NCBI GenBank assembly: GCA_964343275.1
Contig: CAYFIY010000002.1
Span: forward strand, 1-60,905
Origin: Candidatus Hadarchaeota archaeon
Lineage (GTDB): Archaea > Hadarchaeota > Hadarchaeia > Hadarchaeales > Hadarchaeaceae
Length of the DNA: 60,905 bases
Direction: 5' to 3'
Positions 29,381-38,661 of this stretch are shown piece by piece (within the stretch, counting starts at the first letter, position 1; each line of letters opens with the position of its first letter). The position numbers and the translations under genes are program-made. The notes under the pieces were generated by a model that had not been told where the DNA came from, did no database searches, and worked only from the letters and a program-made list of their open reading frames with translations.

Positions 29381-31327
29381 TCACCCGAATAACACCCAGA
29401 GGAAGGCTATTCCCGACAACAAATGCAGCGTGCTCATTACTGCGGTAGCCCGCATCGCTTTACTGCGGTCGCCAAACATTTTAAAGGATATCTTATGCGT
29501 TGCCCCAATGGCCAGCGCTAAACCGACAAACAAGAAGGCTGACTGGATAAACGGAAGTAGAGTAGCACCGATTGGCGACCACATATCGCTGGCATTGGTG
29601 AAGCCTACGAAGCTCAAGATATTCCAGCCATGCCCCAACGGATCTGAGAAGGCGTAAATTGGATAGGCCCAGTTAATTAACATCAGGATCAGACCAAACG
29701 ACATCCAGAGAAGCAGTTGATAGGGAACAAGCGAGTAACTGAAAGTTAAAAATGCCCTTTTCGTCGAGACATCGGTCGCTCTGGCGGCTTTCTTGGCCAA
29801 CCAGGAGAACGCATAGAAGATCGCCGGAAAGATGATGAGCGCTATGCCCGAGATTAACAAAGCCCACAAGACCCAGTTCATGAAACCACCGGGGGTGGGA
29901 ATCAGTAGTGCTATGGTGGGGAGGTTGGCTCCCATCGTCACTCCCATGTTACCCCAGTCCTTGATCCAAAAAAACGCGCCGAAGAAAACTAGCTGATAGA
30001 CTATGACTAAGGAAAAGCGAATGAAACCCATCCAGGCCTCATCTGGCCTCTCTTGCCCCCTTTCTATGCCTTCCTTTCCCACCATCCTCAATTTAACGGT
30101 CATGTTATCGAGTGGACAGGATTTGAGACATTCATAGCATTGACCACATGGGATGTTCGAGTCGTTTCCTCCAGGGTAGAGCTTCCATGGGCATCCATAC
30201 CCCTTAGGGCTCCCTTTTAAACATTCCTTGGATTTGTGAGCATCACAAATTTTCTTATCCCTGCTTCGCACTGAGAAGATGGAGGCAGAAGCCGAGTGCC
30301 CCATGTATCCACCAGCGGGACATATGTGTCTGCAGAAGTTTCGCTGGCTGCCAGTGAAAATGAGCGGAATTGCTAAACCTAGAGCGATCAACAATATGAA
30401 GAACAACGCAGTCACCACCGGCCTCGTCACGAGCCAGGGGATTATCAGAGATATCGCAAGGAATCCTAATGTCGTAATCCACATATTGTTGAGTTTATCG
30501 GGCCACTTCCGGTTAAGCGAGAACCACTTCTTTGGCTCCCGAACCGAGTAGAGCCTTTTTCTAGATATCCAATCCCCCATTGCTGGCAGGGGACACACAG
30601 TGTCCCAAGTTCTACCACCAAAAAATATCATGAACTCGACTGCTGCAAACCATAAGACCCACACTACGACTATGGAGAAATTCAGCGCTCCAAGTGGATT
30701 CCCGAAAAGACCTATGAATATGATTACTATGAAAATAAGGAGATTTGGCAGCATTATAGCGTAATGGAACCCCCTCCATTGTAGAATCCGCTTGAGCAGT
30801 GCTCCAATTCCCCTAACTCTGAGCAGGTCAAACTCTCTGTCGATGGGGACTCCAAGAAGTGTGTTAATTGGCTCATACTTCCAATGATAGGTCAATAATC
30901 CCACGGATAGAACTGCAGCCAAAATAGAAAAGACATGGAATGAATTTAAAGCGAACGCAGGCTCCACAATCACATCCGACACCATAAACGGATGTAGGGG
31001 GCCGCAGAAGGAGGCGCACCGTAGTTTAAATTTCCCAGCCTCCTCGAAGGTGACGGGACCAACTATGGTTGTTTCCCGAGGTAGCACATCTACCTTGATA
31101 TCCTTGCCATCTATGTAGATCCCATGGGTCACGTCTAAGCTGGTCAACTTGAAAGTCACCGGCTGCCCTGCGCGAACGTAGATCCTCTCAGGAATGAAAC
31201 CGAACTGATACGCCTGGATTTCAACGGCCATGGGAGGCTCATCGGCGCTGGTCAAGGGAAAGAATGAGAAAATAAATCCCGCTGACAAAACCGATAATAT
31301 CATAAGCAATGGTATGAATCGCTTCAA
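29381..31327 (-). CDS. Fusion protein: N-terminal CuA-type cupredoxin domain plus polytopic NapH/NosH/CcoG-like polyferredoxin membrane domain
   Basis: 648 aa. It starts with a signal/anchor helix, then a cupredoxin domain with H68 and C104-x3-C108-x3-H112-x2-M115 (CASFCGPLHPFM). About 10 TM helices follow, with NapH-type CP motifs (WDTVCPLP, FCRHICPAGG) and a ferredoxin-like loop (CPWKLYPG, CGQCYECLKSCP). Confidence 0.75.
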   Translation of the reverse strand: MKRFIPLLMILSVLSAGFIFSFFPLTSADEPPMAVEIQAYQFGFIPERIYVRAGQPVTFKLTSLDVTHGIYIDGKDIKVDVLPRETTIVGPVTFEEAGKFKLRCASFCGPLHPFMVSDVIVEPAFALNSFHVFSILAAVLSVGLLTYHWKYEPINTLLGVPIDREFDLLRVRGIGALLKRILQWRGFHYAIMLPNLLIFIVIIFIGLFGNPLGALNFSIVVVWVLWFAAVEFMIFFGGRTWDTVCPLPAMGDWISRKRLYSVREPKKWFSLNRKWPDKLNNMWITTLGFLAISLIIPWLVTRPVVTALFFILLIALGLAIPLIFTGSQRNFCRHICPAGGYMGHSASASIFSVRSRDKKICDAHKSKECLKGSPKGYGCPWKLYPGGNDSNIPCGQCYECLKSCPLDNMTVKLRMVGKEGIERGQERPDEAWMGFIRFSLVIVYQLVFFGAFFWIKDWGNMGVTMGANLPTIALLIPTPGGFMNWVLWALLISGIALIIFPAIFYAFSWLAKKAARATDVSTKRAFLTFSYSLVPYQLLLWMSFGLILMLINWAYPIYAFSDPLGHGWNILSFVGFTNASDMWSPIGATLLPFIQSAFLFVGLALAIGATHKISFKMFGDRSKAMRATAVMSTLHLLSGIAFLWVLFG

Positions 31328-31761
31328 TGGACAACCGCCTTATAACATTTTTTGATTCCCCGTGTTAGGCGATGAATTTCTTTCCAAAATTTCTTGCTAT
31401 CTCCGTACTTGTCCAGTAAATCCCAAAGATACTCCGAAGTCTTTTTGCCAGTGCTGAATAGATTGTTAGCCTCTTCGACAGAACGAGACCATCTCCTGTT
31501 GGTTCTCTCGAGCACAGCAAAAAGAAGTTTTGTTCCGCCGTAATAACATGCGTCGAATTTTTTAACCTGTTCTTTACGCGCATCGACGATGTAGTGAGCA
31601 AGGTCCACTAACGGGAAACCCGCTTCTTTCTCCGGAACCTTCTGAATATAAGCCCCGGGCGTACCGGAATAGGTTATTTCTCTGGATTTCCAATAGTACT
31701 CTTCGAAATCTTTGCATGTTTCTTTAATTAACTCTTCAATGTGGATAGACATCAACACCAT
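31324..31761 (-). CDS. Hypothetical soluble protein (145 aa) within the molybdoenzyme operon
   Basis: Translationally coupled on both sides (overlaps at 31761 and 31324-31327). It has no signal peptide, TM helix or cofactor motif that I recognise. Confidence 0.5.
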   Translation of the reverse strand: MVLMSIHIEELIKETCKDFEEYYWKSREITYSGTPGAYIQKVPEKEAGFPLVDLAHYIVDARKEQVKKFDACYYGGTKLLFAVLERTNRRWSRSVEEANNLFSTGKKTSEYLWDLLDKYGDSKKFWKEIHRLTRGIKKCYKAVVH

Positions 31762-32516
31762 TATTCCTTCACAATATTCATCTGTTCAATCCCGGTAATG
31801 CCCTCGGATCGCACTAGGGATGAATTCTCATCTCCACTAGGATGAAACCTTATTATCTCTGGATTTATCCCCCACGACAGAACGTCTTGGGACACGAACT
31901 TGTTCAGTAACCTACCGAGTACAGCGTAAAACTGTGAACCTCCGTCTATATCGATTTGTTCGCACAGAACCAATATCCATTTTCCTAGATGATCTTGGAG
32001 GAATTTTCTCTGGGCATCCCTACAAATCTCTGCATTTTCTCCATCTTCCTTGGACACGGCGTAAGCTTCCTTGAGGGAGAGGAAACTCATGAATTCTAGT
32101 TCTATGCTCGCATGATCGGGCCTGTCCTTACTTTTCCCGCTGATTTCCAACCCGAAAGCACTATAGAAGCCTGCTATGTCGGCTAGCTTATGGGTTTTCA
32201 GAAAAAGCCGTCCTGGGAAATACTCCAGTTCGTAAGGTGGGCACCTCGCCTTTTTACCCACACCAAACAAGCATGAGTGCTCAGAGGTGAGATCGAGAAA
32301 CGTGCTCCGGTCTAGCTTGGAGCTGATATGTTCTAGAGCTTTGATGCCGTCTTCCAACTCGTATTTTGATAGTACTCCCGCAACTACTCTCAAACGTTTT
32401 AAGAATGATCCATCCAGAATTTCATCTCTGAACCTCTCATTTGGGTAATCCAACCCCTCCGAAAAAATCTTATACATTTCGCTTCTGGCCAAAGCCTTTT
32501 GTACTTCCTCTTTCAT
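31761..32516 (-). CDS. TorD/NarJ/DmsD-family redox-enzyme maturation chaperone
   Basis: 251 aa with the family pattern ARSEMYKIFSEGL...PPYELEY...DRPDHASIELEFMSFL. Confidence 0.8.
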   Translation of the reverse strand: MKEEVQKALARSEMYKIFSEGLDYPNERFRDEILDGSFLKRLRVVAGVLSKYELEDGIKALEHISSKLDRSTFLDLTSEHSCLFGVGKKARCPPYELEYFPGRLFLKTHKLADIAGFYSAFGLEISGKSKDRPDHASIELEFMSFLSLKEAYAVSKEDGENAEICRDAQRKFLQDHLGKWILVLCEQIDIDGGSQFYAVLGRLLNKFVSQDVLSWGINPEIIRFHPSGDENSSLVRSEGITGIEQMNIVKE

Positions 32517-32526
32517 CGTTTTCCTC

Positions 32527-33726
32527 CTATGTTACATCCAGCCTATAGACATCTAGATTTCTATCGTAGCGATCCCTCACAGAAATGGGCTCCATTATCG
32601 GAACCCTCGTGACTTCATTGCTCTTTCCATCGTACCCTATGGCTTCACCATTCTGAACCTTGAATGATTCCATTGTTTTTTCAGAACTCCCGAACAGGTG
32701 AATTAGACCTAATAACTCCTCGTCATCCCTCGCCCGCTTATACGTTTTCAATGCATTCTCCCTTCCTGGTCCAAAGAGTTGGTTGAGAAAGTTGGGCGGC
32801 GCATGAATGGGTGGTATATAATATATGTTGGGTTCTGTACCGAATTGCGGGTACAGGGGGAGTGCGACTTTTTTTTCGTGCACCAAGAAGTCAATTGGGT
32901 TTTCTGGATTTGCGTTTTCTGGTAAGCTCAAAAATCCATTTATCCTTATCTTACCTATGCACATTTCGAAACATTGAGGTGATAATCCCTGCTCTATTTT
33001 AGGATAGCACCCTATGCATTTTTCGGACATCCCCCTAACCGAATTAAACATTGGTTTCTTGTAAGGACAACCTTTGACGCAACCTCGAACGCCCCTGCAG
33101 TGACCCTGGTCGATAAGGACTATTCCATCATCATCGCGCTTGTAGATTGCCTGTATCGGACACGCGGCTAGACAACCTGGAAATGTACAGTGGTTGCATA
33201 ACCGTGCAAGATAAAAAAACCAACTAGGGTGAGGCAGAGAATGGATGTATGCATCTCGAGAAATGATCTCTCCGCCTATTTCGTCTTCCCCGATGTTGGG
33301 ATGTGCCCAATCCATCTCGTCCGGGGTGATCCCCAACATTTTATCTGGTCCTCCATGTATTTTATCTCCAACCCAACGCGACCAATTACCGTTGGGTGGT
33401 TCACCCAATGTTCCTTCCCCTGACCTCGTGGCTTCGAAAATGGTCTTCCCTTTGTACACGTTGCCTTGCCATTTCTGTGGTCCGAGCAACTCAAGAAGTT
33501 TGACATCCCATCCTGTAGGGTAGAAACCATAGGGCTTGGTTTCAACGTTGTTCCACATCATGTACTCCTGGCCCAATTCATTAGTCCATGTCGTCTTGCA
33601 TGCGAGTGAACACGACTGACATCCAATACATTTGTTAGTATCGAAAACACCAGCCCACTGTCGTTTCGGCCTGCGCTCCTCATAGGGATATTCCATCTCC
33701 CTTCCAATCTGCCAGTTGTAGACCAT
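32527..33726 (-). CDS. Iron-sulfur (beta) subunit of a type II DMSO-reductase-family enzyme, NarH-like
   Basis: Four Cys groups in NarH order: CIGCQSCSLAC, CNHCTFPGCLAACP, CRGVRGCVKGCPY (a three-Cys group, as at the NarH 3Fe-4S site) and CIGCYPKIEQGLSPQCFEMC. I trimmed the start to ATG 33726 (MVYNWQIGR), just after the alpha-subunit stop. Confidence 0.9.
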   Translation of the reverse strand: MVYNWQIGREMEYPYEERRPKRQWAGVFDTNKCIGCQSCSLACKTTWTNELGQEYMMWNNVETKPYGFYPTGWDVKLLELLGPQKWQGNVYKGKTIFEATRSGEGTLGEPPNGNWSRWVGDKIHGGPDKMLGITPDEMDWAHPNIGEDEIGGEIISRDAYIHSLPHPSWFFYLARLCNHCTFPGCLAACPIQAIYKRDDDGIVLIDQGHCRGVRGCVKGCPYKKPMFNSVRGMSEKCIGCYPKIEQGLSPQCFEMCIGKIRINGFLSLPENANPENPIDFLVHEKKVALPLYPQFGTEPNIYYIPPIHAPPNFLNQLFGPGRENALKTYKRARDDEELLGLIHLFGSSEKTMESFKVQNGEAIGYDGKSNEVTRVPIMEPISVRDRYDRNLDVYRLDVT

Positions 33727-33733
33727 GGGCAAA

Positions 33734-36700
33734 CTATTCACCACTTGTTGAGATGAACCCACCGCGTAAGAATTCATTCATCGCATCATTCTCGTAACCG
33801 ACTCTTAGTCCAAGTTTGGCCGGCCTCCACTTGCCCCCATTTATACCGCCGTCTTCTGCCTTGGTGAACTTCACGAATGATTCCCGCGGTGCCCCGTTCG
33901 CACAATGGACATCCGGCGAGAACCCTTTGCCGATGACTTGTCCCATCAGTTCCTTTCTCACTAGCGTATCGGTCATAAGTGTGGGCCTCAACCAAGACCT
34001 AGTGGAGCTTTGATGACCTCCATATCTAAACATGGCCTGGTAATTGGTATTGGGGTTCCTCGCCAATCCGTCCTCCCTAGTTTCGTGTCCTCGGACGCTT
34101 CCATGGGTGGCTTGATACATGTTGAACCAAGTTTTGGAAACACCCTTAGGATGATTTGGCGAATATTTCGCACGGAGCATGCACCTCGCTACCTTGTAAT
34201 CACTAGGTTTCCCTTCCCAACCCTTGAAAGGCCTATCTTCCGGATCGGGATCACACCATATGTAATCGCCGTCCTCTATGCCCATATCTTTAGCGTCCTT
34301 AGGGTTGATCTCTACATAACCCTCATTGACCCAAGGCATTCTAGTATCTCGACGGTACATGTCACCGAACGGTCCAAACCAGACTGATAGGATACTCGTG
34401 TCAACATTGAAGCTGTGTACAGAATGTCTGAACTTTGGCGTAAGATAGATGTGGGTAAACCCTTTCTCCATAAGGGGATGGCTAGTTTTGACTATCTCAT
34501 CGGGTGTGCGCACCACGTTTCTCACTTGCCTAGTTTCGCCGGATAAGTCGGAGCTGGGCCACCCGTAGTCTTCTGGTGTCTTTGGGTTGATGAGGGGATG
34601 TGATTTAGCGATAATAGCGTTGGGTTCGTGAAAGGTTGCATCTATAGGCTCACGGTACACCGGAAGATTTTCCCCATAGTCGAGGAACTCATCCTCCTCT
34701 CTGTAAAACTCCAACCTCCCAGTTTTATTGTACCAAGGCTGAGATTCGACGCTCTGTTCGTAACCCACGAACTTGGGATAAGTCCTGGTCATTATGAGCA
34801 CTGGAATACCGTCCCTTGCCTTAGCCAGCATGTCTTCTACATCGTAGCCTTTAGTAGCGTTGCTGTGGTCGATGATGCGTTGCAAGTATGTCTTTGCTTT
34901 GTCCTCCTTGATGAACTTCCAATAATCCCTGAACATGGTGTTTCCAGTGATGTCGGCCAACTTCTCTGAAATCCCCATATAGGTCTCAACATCACCCCTG
35001 GTGTCGTAAATTCTTGGAATCCCCGAAATGGGTGCCACCATCACGAATGGATTGGTAACGGAAGCGGTCAGGTCATGTACATTATATTCCCCCCAGCTAT
35101 CCACAGGTAGGACAATATCTGCGTACTCGCAGCTGGCAGTCCACCACCACTCGTTGACCACCAACGTCTCTATCTTCCTATTCCTCAAGAGGTTCATCAC
35201 CAAGTCGTAATGCCCCTTGGCGTTTCCGAGGAGGGAGTTAGATCCAGCGAACATCAGGAACTTGGTGGGAAAGGGCATGTGGGTATTTCCGAGAAAATAT
35301 TTCCCGTGAACCTTCAGCGGGCTATCACCATGTGCATAGAAGTGAGCCGACTGCATGGCAAAGTAGGTCTTGACGTTAGCCGGTTTACTTGGGTCCAAGG
35401 TGATGTTGAATGGGTCCTCCGCTATATAATGCGGAGTACCGTTAAAGAGCGCGGCACGATAGTTTCCCGCATAGCTGCCGACATTCCCGCCGAAAAAGCC
35501 TACATTCTTAGTAAGAGACGCAACTAGGAATATCGCCCTATCTTTTAGGTCTCCGTTGAACATCTGGTTTGGCCCCATGCCTGTAGTAAAGAGCACCTTC
35601 TGGGGGTTGGCTGCCAACGCCCTTGCCAAGTTCACGATTGCGTCCTTGGAGGCCCAAGTGACATTGGAAGTGCTTTCTACATCCCAAGTATCCGTGAGGT
35701 GTTGCTTTATCAAATCAAATATAGGCCGCACTTTGACATTTTCGCCTGTTGTAAGGGTGACATTAAATTCGCCATCCAACGCCGGGTCCAAACCCTTGGG
35801 TGTAAACCTATCGCCTATATCGTCCCTTGAAACAGCTGCTGGTTTCCCAGAGTTTCTGTCCCATACGACGAAATCACCCCATTCGTCTCTCATAGTTTCG
35901 GTAACGGTCGGACCGTCCACGTTAGTGGCAAACGGTGCTGGGGCCCTCTCGCCTTTTTTAACCACGTTGGTGACGGTGAGTTCTGCATTCTGGTACCCCG
36001 GTATCACCTCGGTAGCCCTGAGCAATTTTCTGGAATTCATATTCACCAGGAAAGGAAGGTCGGTGTAACCCTTGACAAAGTCCCTGTCGTAGAGCTCTTC
36101 TGTCATTATCACTTGAGCCAGTCCTAACGCGAAAGCTGGGTCCGTCCCGGGCCTTAGGATGATCATCTCGTCAGCTTTAGATGAGGTGCAGTTGTAATCC
36201 GTGGTAATTACGACTATTTTCGTGCCCTTCAGTCTAGCCTCGGTCAGCCAGTGAGCGTCGGGCATCTTAGTGCATATCCAGTTCATACCCCAACAAATCA
36301 CGATGTTTGAGTGCTCCACGTTTGCCAAGTCGAATTCTACGGTTTGTTGTCCCGTTACCATAGGATGTCCGGGTGGTAGGTCGGTGTGCCAAGTATAGTT
36401 ATCAAATCCAGTTCCGCCGACTGCCTCGTCGGCTCCCACACCGCGCACAAATGAGTCCAAGAGAGCCATAGAATTTGCGAGCCTGTAAGCCCCGAAAAGC
36501 TTTATCATGCCCAGCAGGGGCATGCCACCGCGAAACTTCATAGCCCGTACCCCTGCGCCCCCCATCTTCTCTATCATTTTTTCGTCGTATTGCTGTAACC
36601 GTAGAAGATTTGCCCCGTTGCCTCCAGAGTATGTCCTAGCTATATCTATCATGGCCTTGGCGATGAGCTCATACGCTTCATCCCATGAAACACGGACCCA

Positions 36701-37048
36701 CGTGTCTTCACCCCTGTTGAAGAGCTCGAGGGGCGGACGCCCATCAGCTCCGCGTGGAAAATCATGATCGACCCACTGCTTAAAGCCGCTTCTCACAAGC
36801 GGATATTTTACCCTTCGATCTCCGTAAAACCTTTCAGCAATGGCGATACCCTTGTTGCATATCCTCGGATCCCACCTCGCACTTACCTTTGTCCCGTAAA
36901 GGTCGGTTGCATCCCGGTACCTCTGGCTCGGCCCAATGCGGGTTATCACCCCGTTCTTCACGTATGCCTTCAAGTAGCAATTGTGCGTGTCATTCGGAGT
37001 GCATGGAAAAATAAAAGTATCGTCAAAGGCGAATATGTCCCTATACAA
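33734..37048 (-). CDS. Molybdopterin catalytic (alpha) subunit of a type II DMSO-reductase-family enzyme (NarG/NxrA/PcrA/EbdA-like)
   Basis: The 1104-aa track ORF aligns by eye to NarG landmarks: an FS0 region ending in [13 protein letters not shown], and the Mo-ligand Asp context TKMPDAHW (NarG has TRTPDAHF). The same frame stays open upstream to 37252 and encodes a twin-arginine signal, so 37048 (TTG) is only the first canonical start codon. Confidence 0.9.
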   Translation of the reverse strand: MYRDIFAFDDTFIFPCTPNDTHNCYLKAYVKNGVITRIGPSQRYRDATDLYGTKVSARWDPRICNKGIAIAERFYGDRRVKYPLVRSGFKQWVDHDFPRGADGRPPLELFNRGEDTWVRVSWDEAYELIAKAMIDIARTYSGGNGANLLRLQQYDEKMIEKMGGAGVRAMKFRGGMPLLGMIKLFGAYRLANSMALLDSFVRGVGADEAVGGTGFDNYTWHTDLPPGHPMVTGQQTVEFDLANVEHSNIVICWGMNWICTKMPDAHWLTEARLKGTKIVVITTDYNCTSSKADEMIILRPGTDPAFALGLAQVIMTEELYDRDFVKGYTDLPFLVNMNSRKLLRATEVIPGYQNAELTVTNVVKKGERAPAPFATNVDGPTVTETMRDEWGDFVVWDRNSGKPAAVSRDDIGDRFTPKGLDPALDGEFNVTLTTGENVKVRPIFDLIKQHLTDTWDVESTSNVTWASKDAIVNLARALAANPQKVLFTTGMGPNQMFNGDLKDRAIFLVASLTKNVGFFGGNVGSYAGNYRAALFNGTPHYIAEDPFNITLDPSKPANVKTYFAMQSAHFYAHGDSPLKVHGKYFLGNTHMPFPTKFLMFAGSNSLLGNAKGHYDLVMNLLRNRKIETLVVNEWWWTASCEYADIVLPVDSWGEYNVHDLTASVTNPFVMVAPISGIPRIYDTRGDVETYMGISEKLADITGNTMFRDYWKFIKEDKAKTYLQRIIDHSNATKGYDVEDMLAKARDGIPVLIMTRTYPKFVGYEQSVESQPWYNKTGRLEFYREEDEFLDYGENLPVYREPIDATFHEPNAIIAKSHPLINPKTPEDYGWPSSDLSGETRQVRNVVRTPDEIVKTSHPLMEKGFTHIYLTPKFRHSVHSFNVDTSILSVWFGPFGDMYRRDTRMPWVNEGYVEINPKDAKDMGIEDGDYIWCDPDPEDRPFKGWEGKPSDYKVARCMLRAKYSPNHPKGVSKTWFNMYQATHGSVRGHETREDGLARNPNTNYQAMFRYGGHQSSTRSWLRPTLMTDTLVRKELMGQVIGKGFSPDVHCANGAPRESFVKFTKAEDGGINGGKWRPAKLGLRVGYENDAMNEFLRGGFISTSGE

Positions 37049-37264
37049 TTTCTCCCAATCTCGTGTAGGATAGTACTCTAAGGGGTTTATTTCTGGCTTG
37101 GGTGTAAACCAGCGGAATACGCTATCTGCACCTAAATATGCAAGCGCCCCAACTGCTCCGCCTATGCCTACGTATTTTAAAAACTGTCTTCTAGTTATCT
37201 CCTTAATTTTCTCACCTATGATTTCAACATTAGAGAGTGATGAAATTATTTCTCAGAAATGACA

Positions 37265-37272
37265 CATATAAA
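37265..37272 (-). promoter_or_regulatory. Candidate TATA box for the molybdoenzyme operon
   Basis: The minus strand reads ATTTATATG about 35 nt upstream of the ATG at 37230. This call rests on position and composition only. Confidence 0.3.
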
Positions 37273-37675
37273 TCTTCCTAAGATTTTCGCGCGTTGATAA
37301 TACAATGCCAAATCATTTAACTGCTTAGGTTTTCAGCAGCCCAGTTTTTTATGAGTGTACCATCCTCAAAAACTTTTCCTATTTTGCCACAAAAAATATT
37401 TTTGTGTCTCCTAGAAAAAAAAATTTTCCTGCCATCAAGCTCGATCTCCTCATCCCTCTTTTCTTCTGGGTCTTTGCGGATGTAGCGGGCGATGATGATG
37501 CGCTTCTTGCGCCAGCGCATGGATAAAAAGATGGCGTTCCCGTTGAAGGGACGACATTAAAAAAGGAAACTCAAAGTTCATTATGCTGCTATGGCGTGGC
37601 GATTGAAAAAGTATGTATCGGGGCAGAACATCTCTTGATTCGTAAGGGGGAAACCGCAAATCCATCTATTGTTCT

Positions 37676-38503
37676 TTACGATATATCGGCTTGGGGTAAC
37701 CTTACTGGATTCTGGTGCTGCCACGGCCTAACGTGACCGAGCAACTCGTGGGATACTCTAGAAGGCGGCTCCCATTCAAACCCACGCGCGTCCGCTGGGC
37801 TAGCGTCAAGGATTGCAAAGTTCATTACGCGTTTGGGGTCCAGAGTAACGGATACTAATCCAGAGTGTGGGTTCAGGCTCATCGGCGCTAATAATAGGCC
37901 TCGCCTGACCCTAAGCTCAGAGAGGAGGCAGGTTTCTTTTCCTCTTGTAATCTCAATGGGGGAAATGCCGCCATCGACGAGAATGTCTGAAGATCGCTCG
38001 CGTAGAACGCTCACAATATAACTCGTAAGACCATCGTGCAAATCATGAAGGGCATCGATACTGCCGGCCCATATCTCGCATGGGATGGTCTCTAGAGGAA
38101 CCGCCAAATCGAAACCCAGTTCCCCAGAGTATTTCACCCACGGTTCGGAAATCCCGGCTTGTTCCAACGCCTCGATTGTCCATACTGTCGCTTCTTGAGT
38201 AAACTTTAACCCACCTTGTTTAGCCCGGATCGTCCACACCAAATCTCGGCCCACCGGTGTGGCCAAATCCCCCCAACGGTATCTCCAATAGGAGCAGTAA
38301 AAAGCTGACGCCCCCATTGCTAAAACTCGGTCCAGCTCAGCGACTTTGTCGATGTGTATTGGGGCCTGCGAGCTCCCGTCAAGATGTCGTTGAATACTTC
38401 TTACGTTATGGTTGTAAAAACTGCATTCTCGAACGCCATTGATACCACTAGCACTCGCGAAGTCCGTGATCGCTCGTTTGACGTCTAGACGTTGATAATA
38501 CAT
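37676..38503 (-). CDS. PriS-like archaeo-eukaryotic primase superfamily protein with substituted catalytic residues
   Basis: 275 aa that follows PriS landmarks in order: RECSF...RH, AFYCSYW, DLVWTIRAK (where PriS has hhhDhDA), YSGELGFDLAV (where PriS has SGxGxH), VDGGISPIE, and RRGLLLAPMSLNPHSGL (where PriS has RhhRhPxSxHxKxG). Confidence 0.7.
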   Translation of the reverse strand: MYYQRLDVKRAITDFASASGINGVRECSFYNHNVRSIQRHLDGSSQAPIHIDKVAELDRVLAMGASAFYCSYWRYRWGDLATPVGRDLVWTIRAKQGGLKFTQEATVWTIEALEQAGISEPWVKYSGELGFDLAVPLETIPCEIWAGSIDALHDLHDGLTSYIVSVLRERSSDILVDGGISPIEITRGKETCLLSELRVRRGLLLAPMSLNPHSGLVSVTLDPKRVMNFAILDASPADARGFEWEPPSRVSHELLGHVRPWQHQNPVRLPQADIS

Positions 38504-38661
38504 TCATTTCCCAAATATTCTTTGGCAAAACTTCCCTAAGCAGATTTCGAGGAGGGGGGGCGCCGAAAGTATTCTCTTTACCTATCTCTGCCCCCTTGAT
38601 TTCCGGTGGACTATTAAAACTAATAAATGACTAAAAGTTATGTTACATAGTAGGTATAAAC

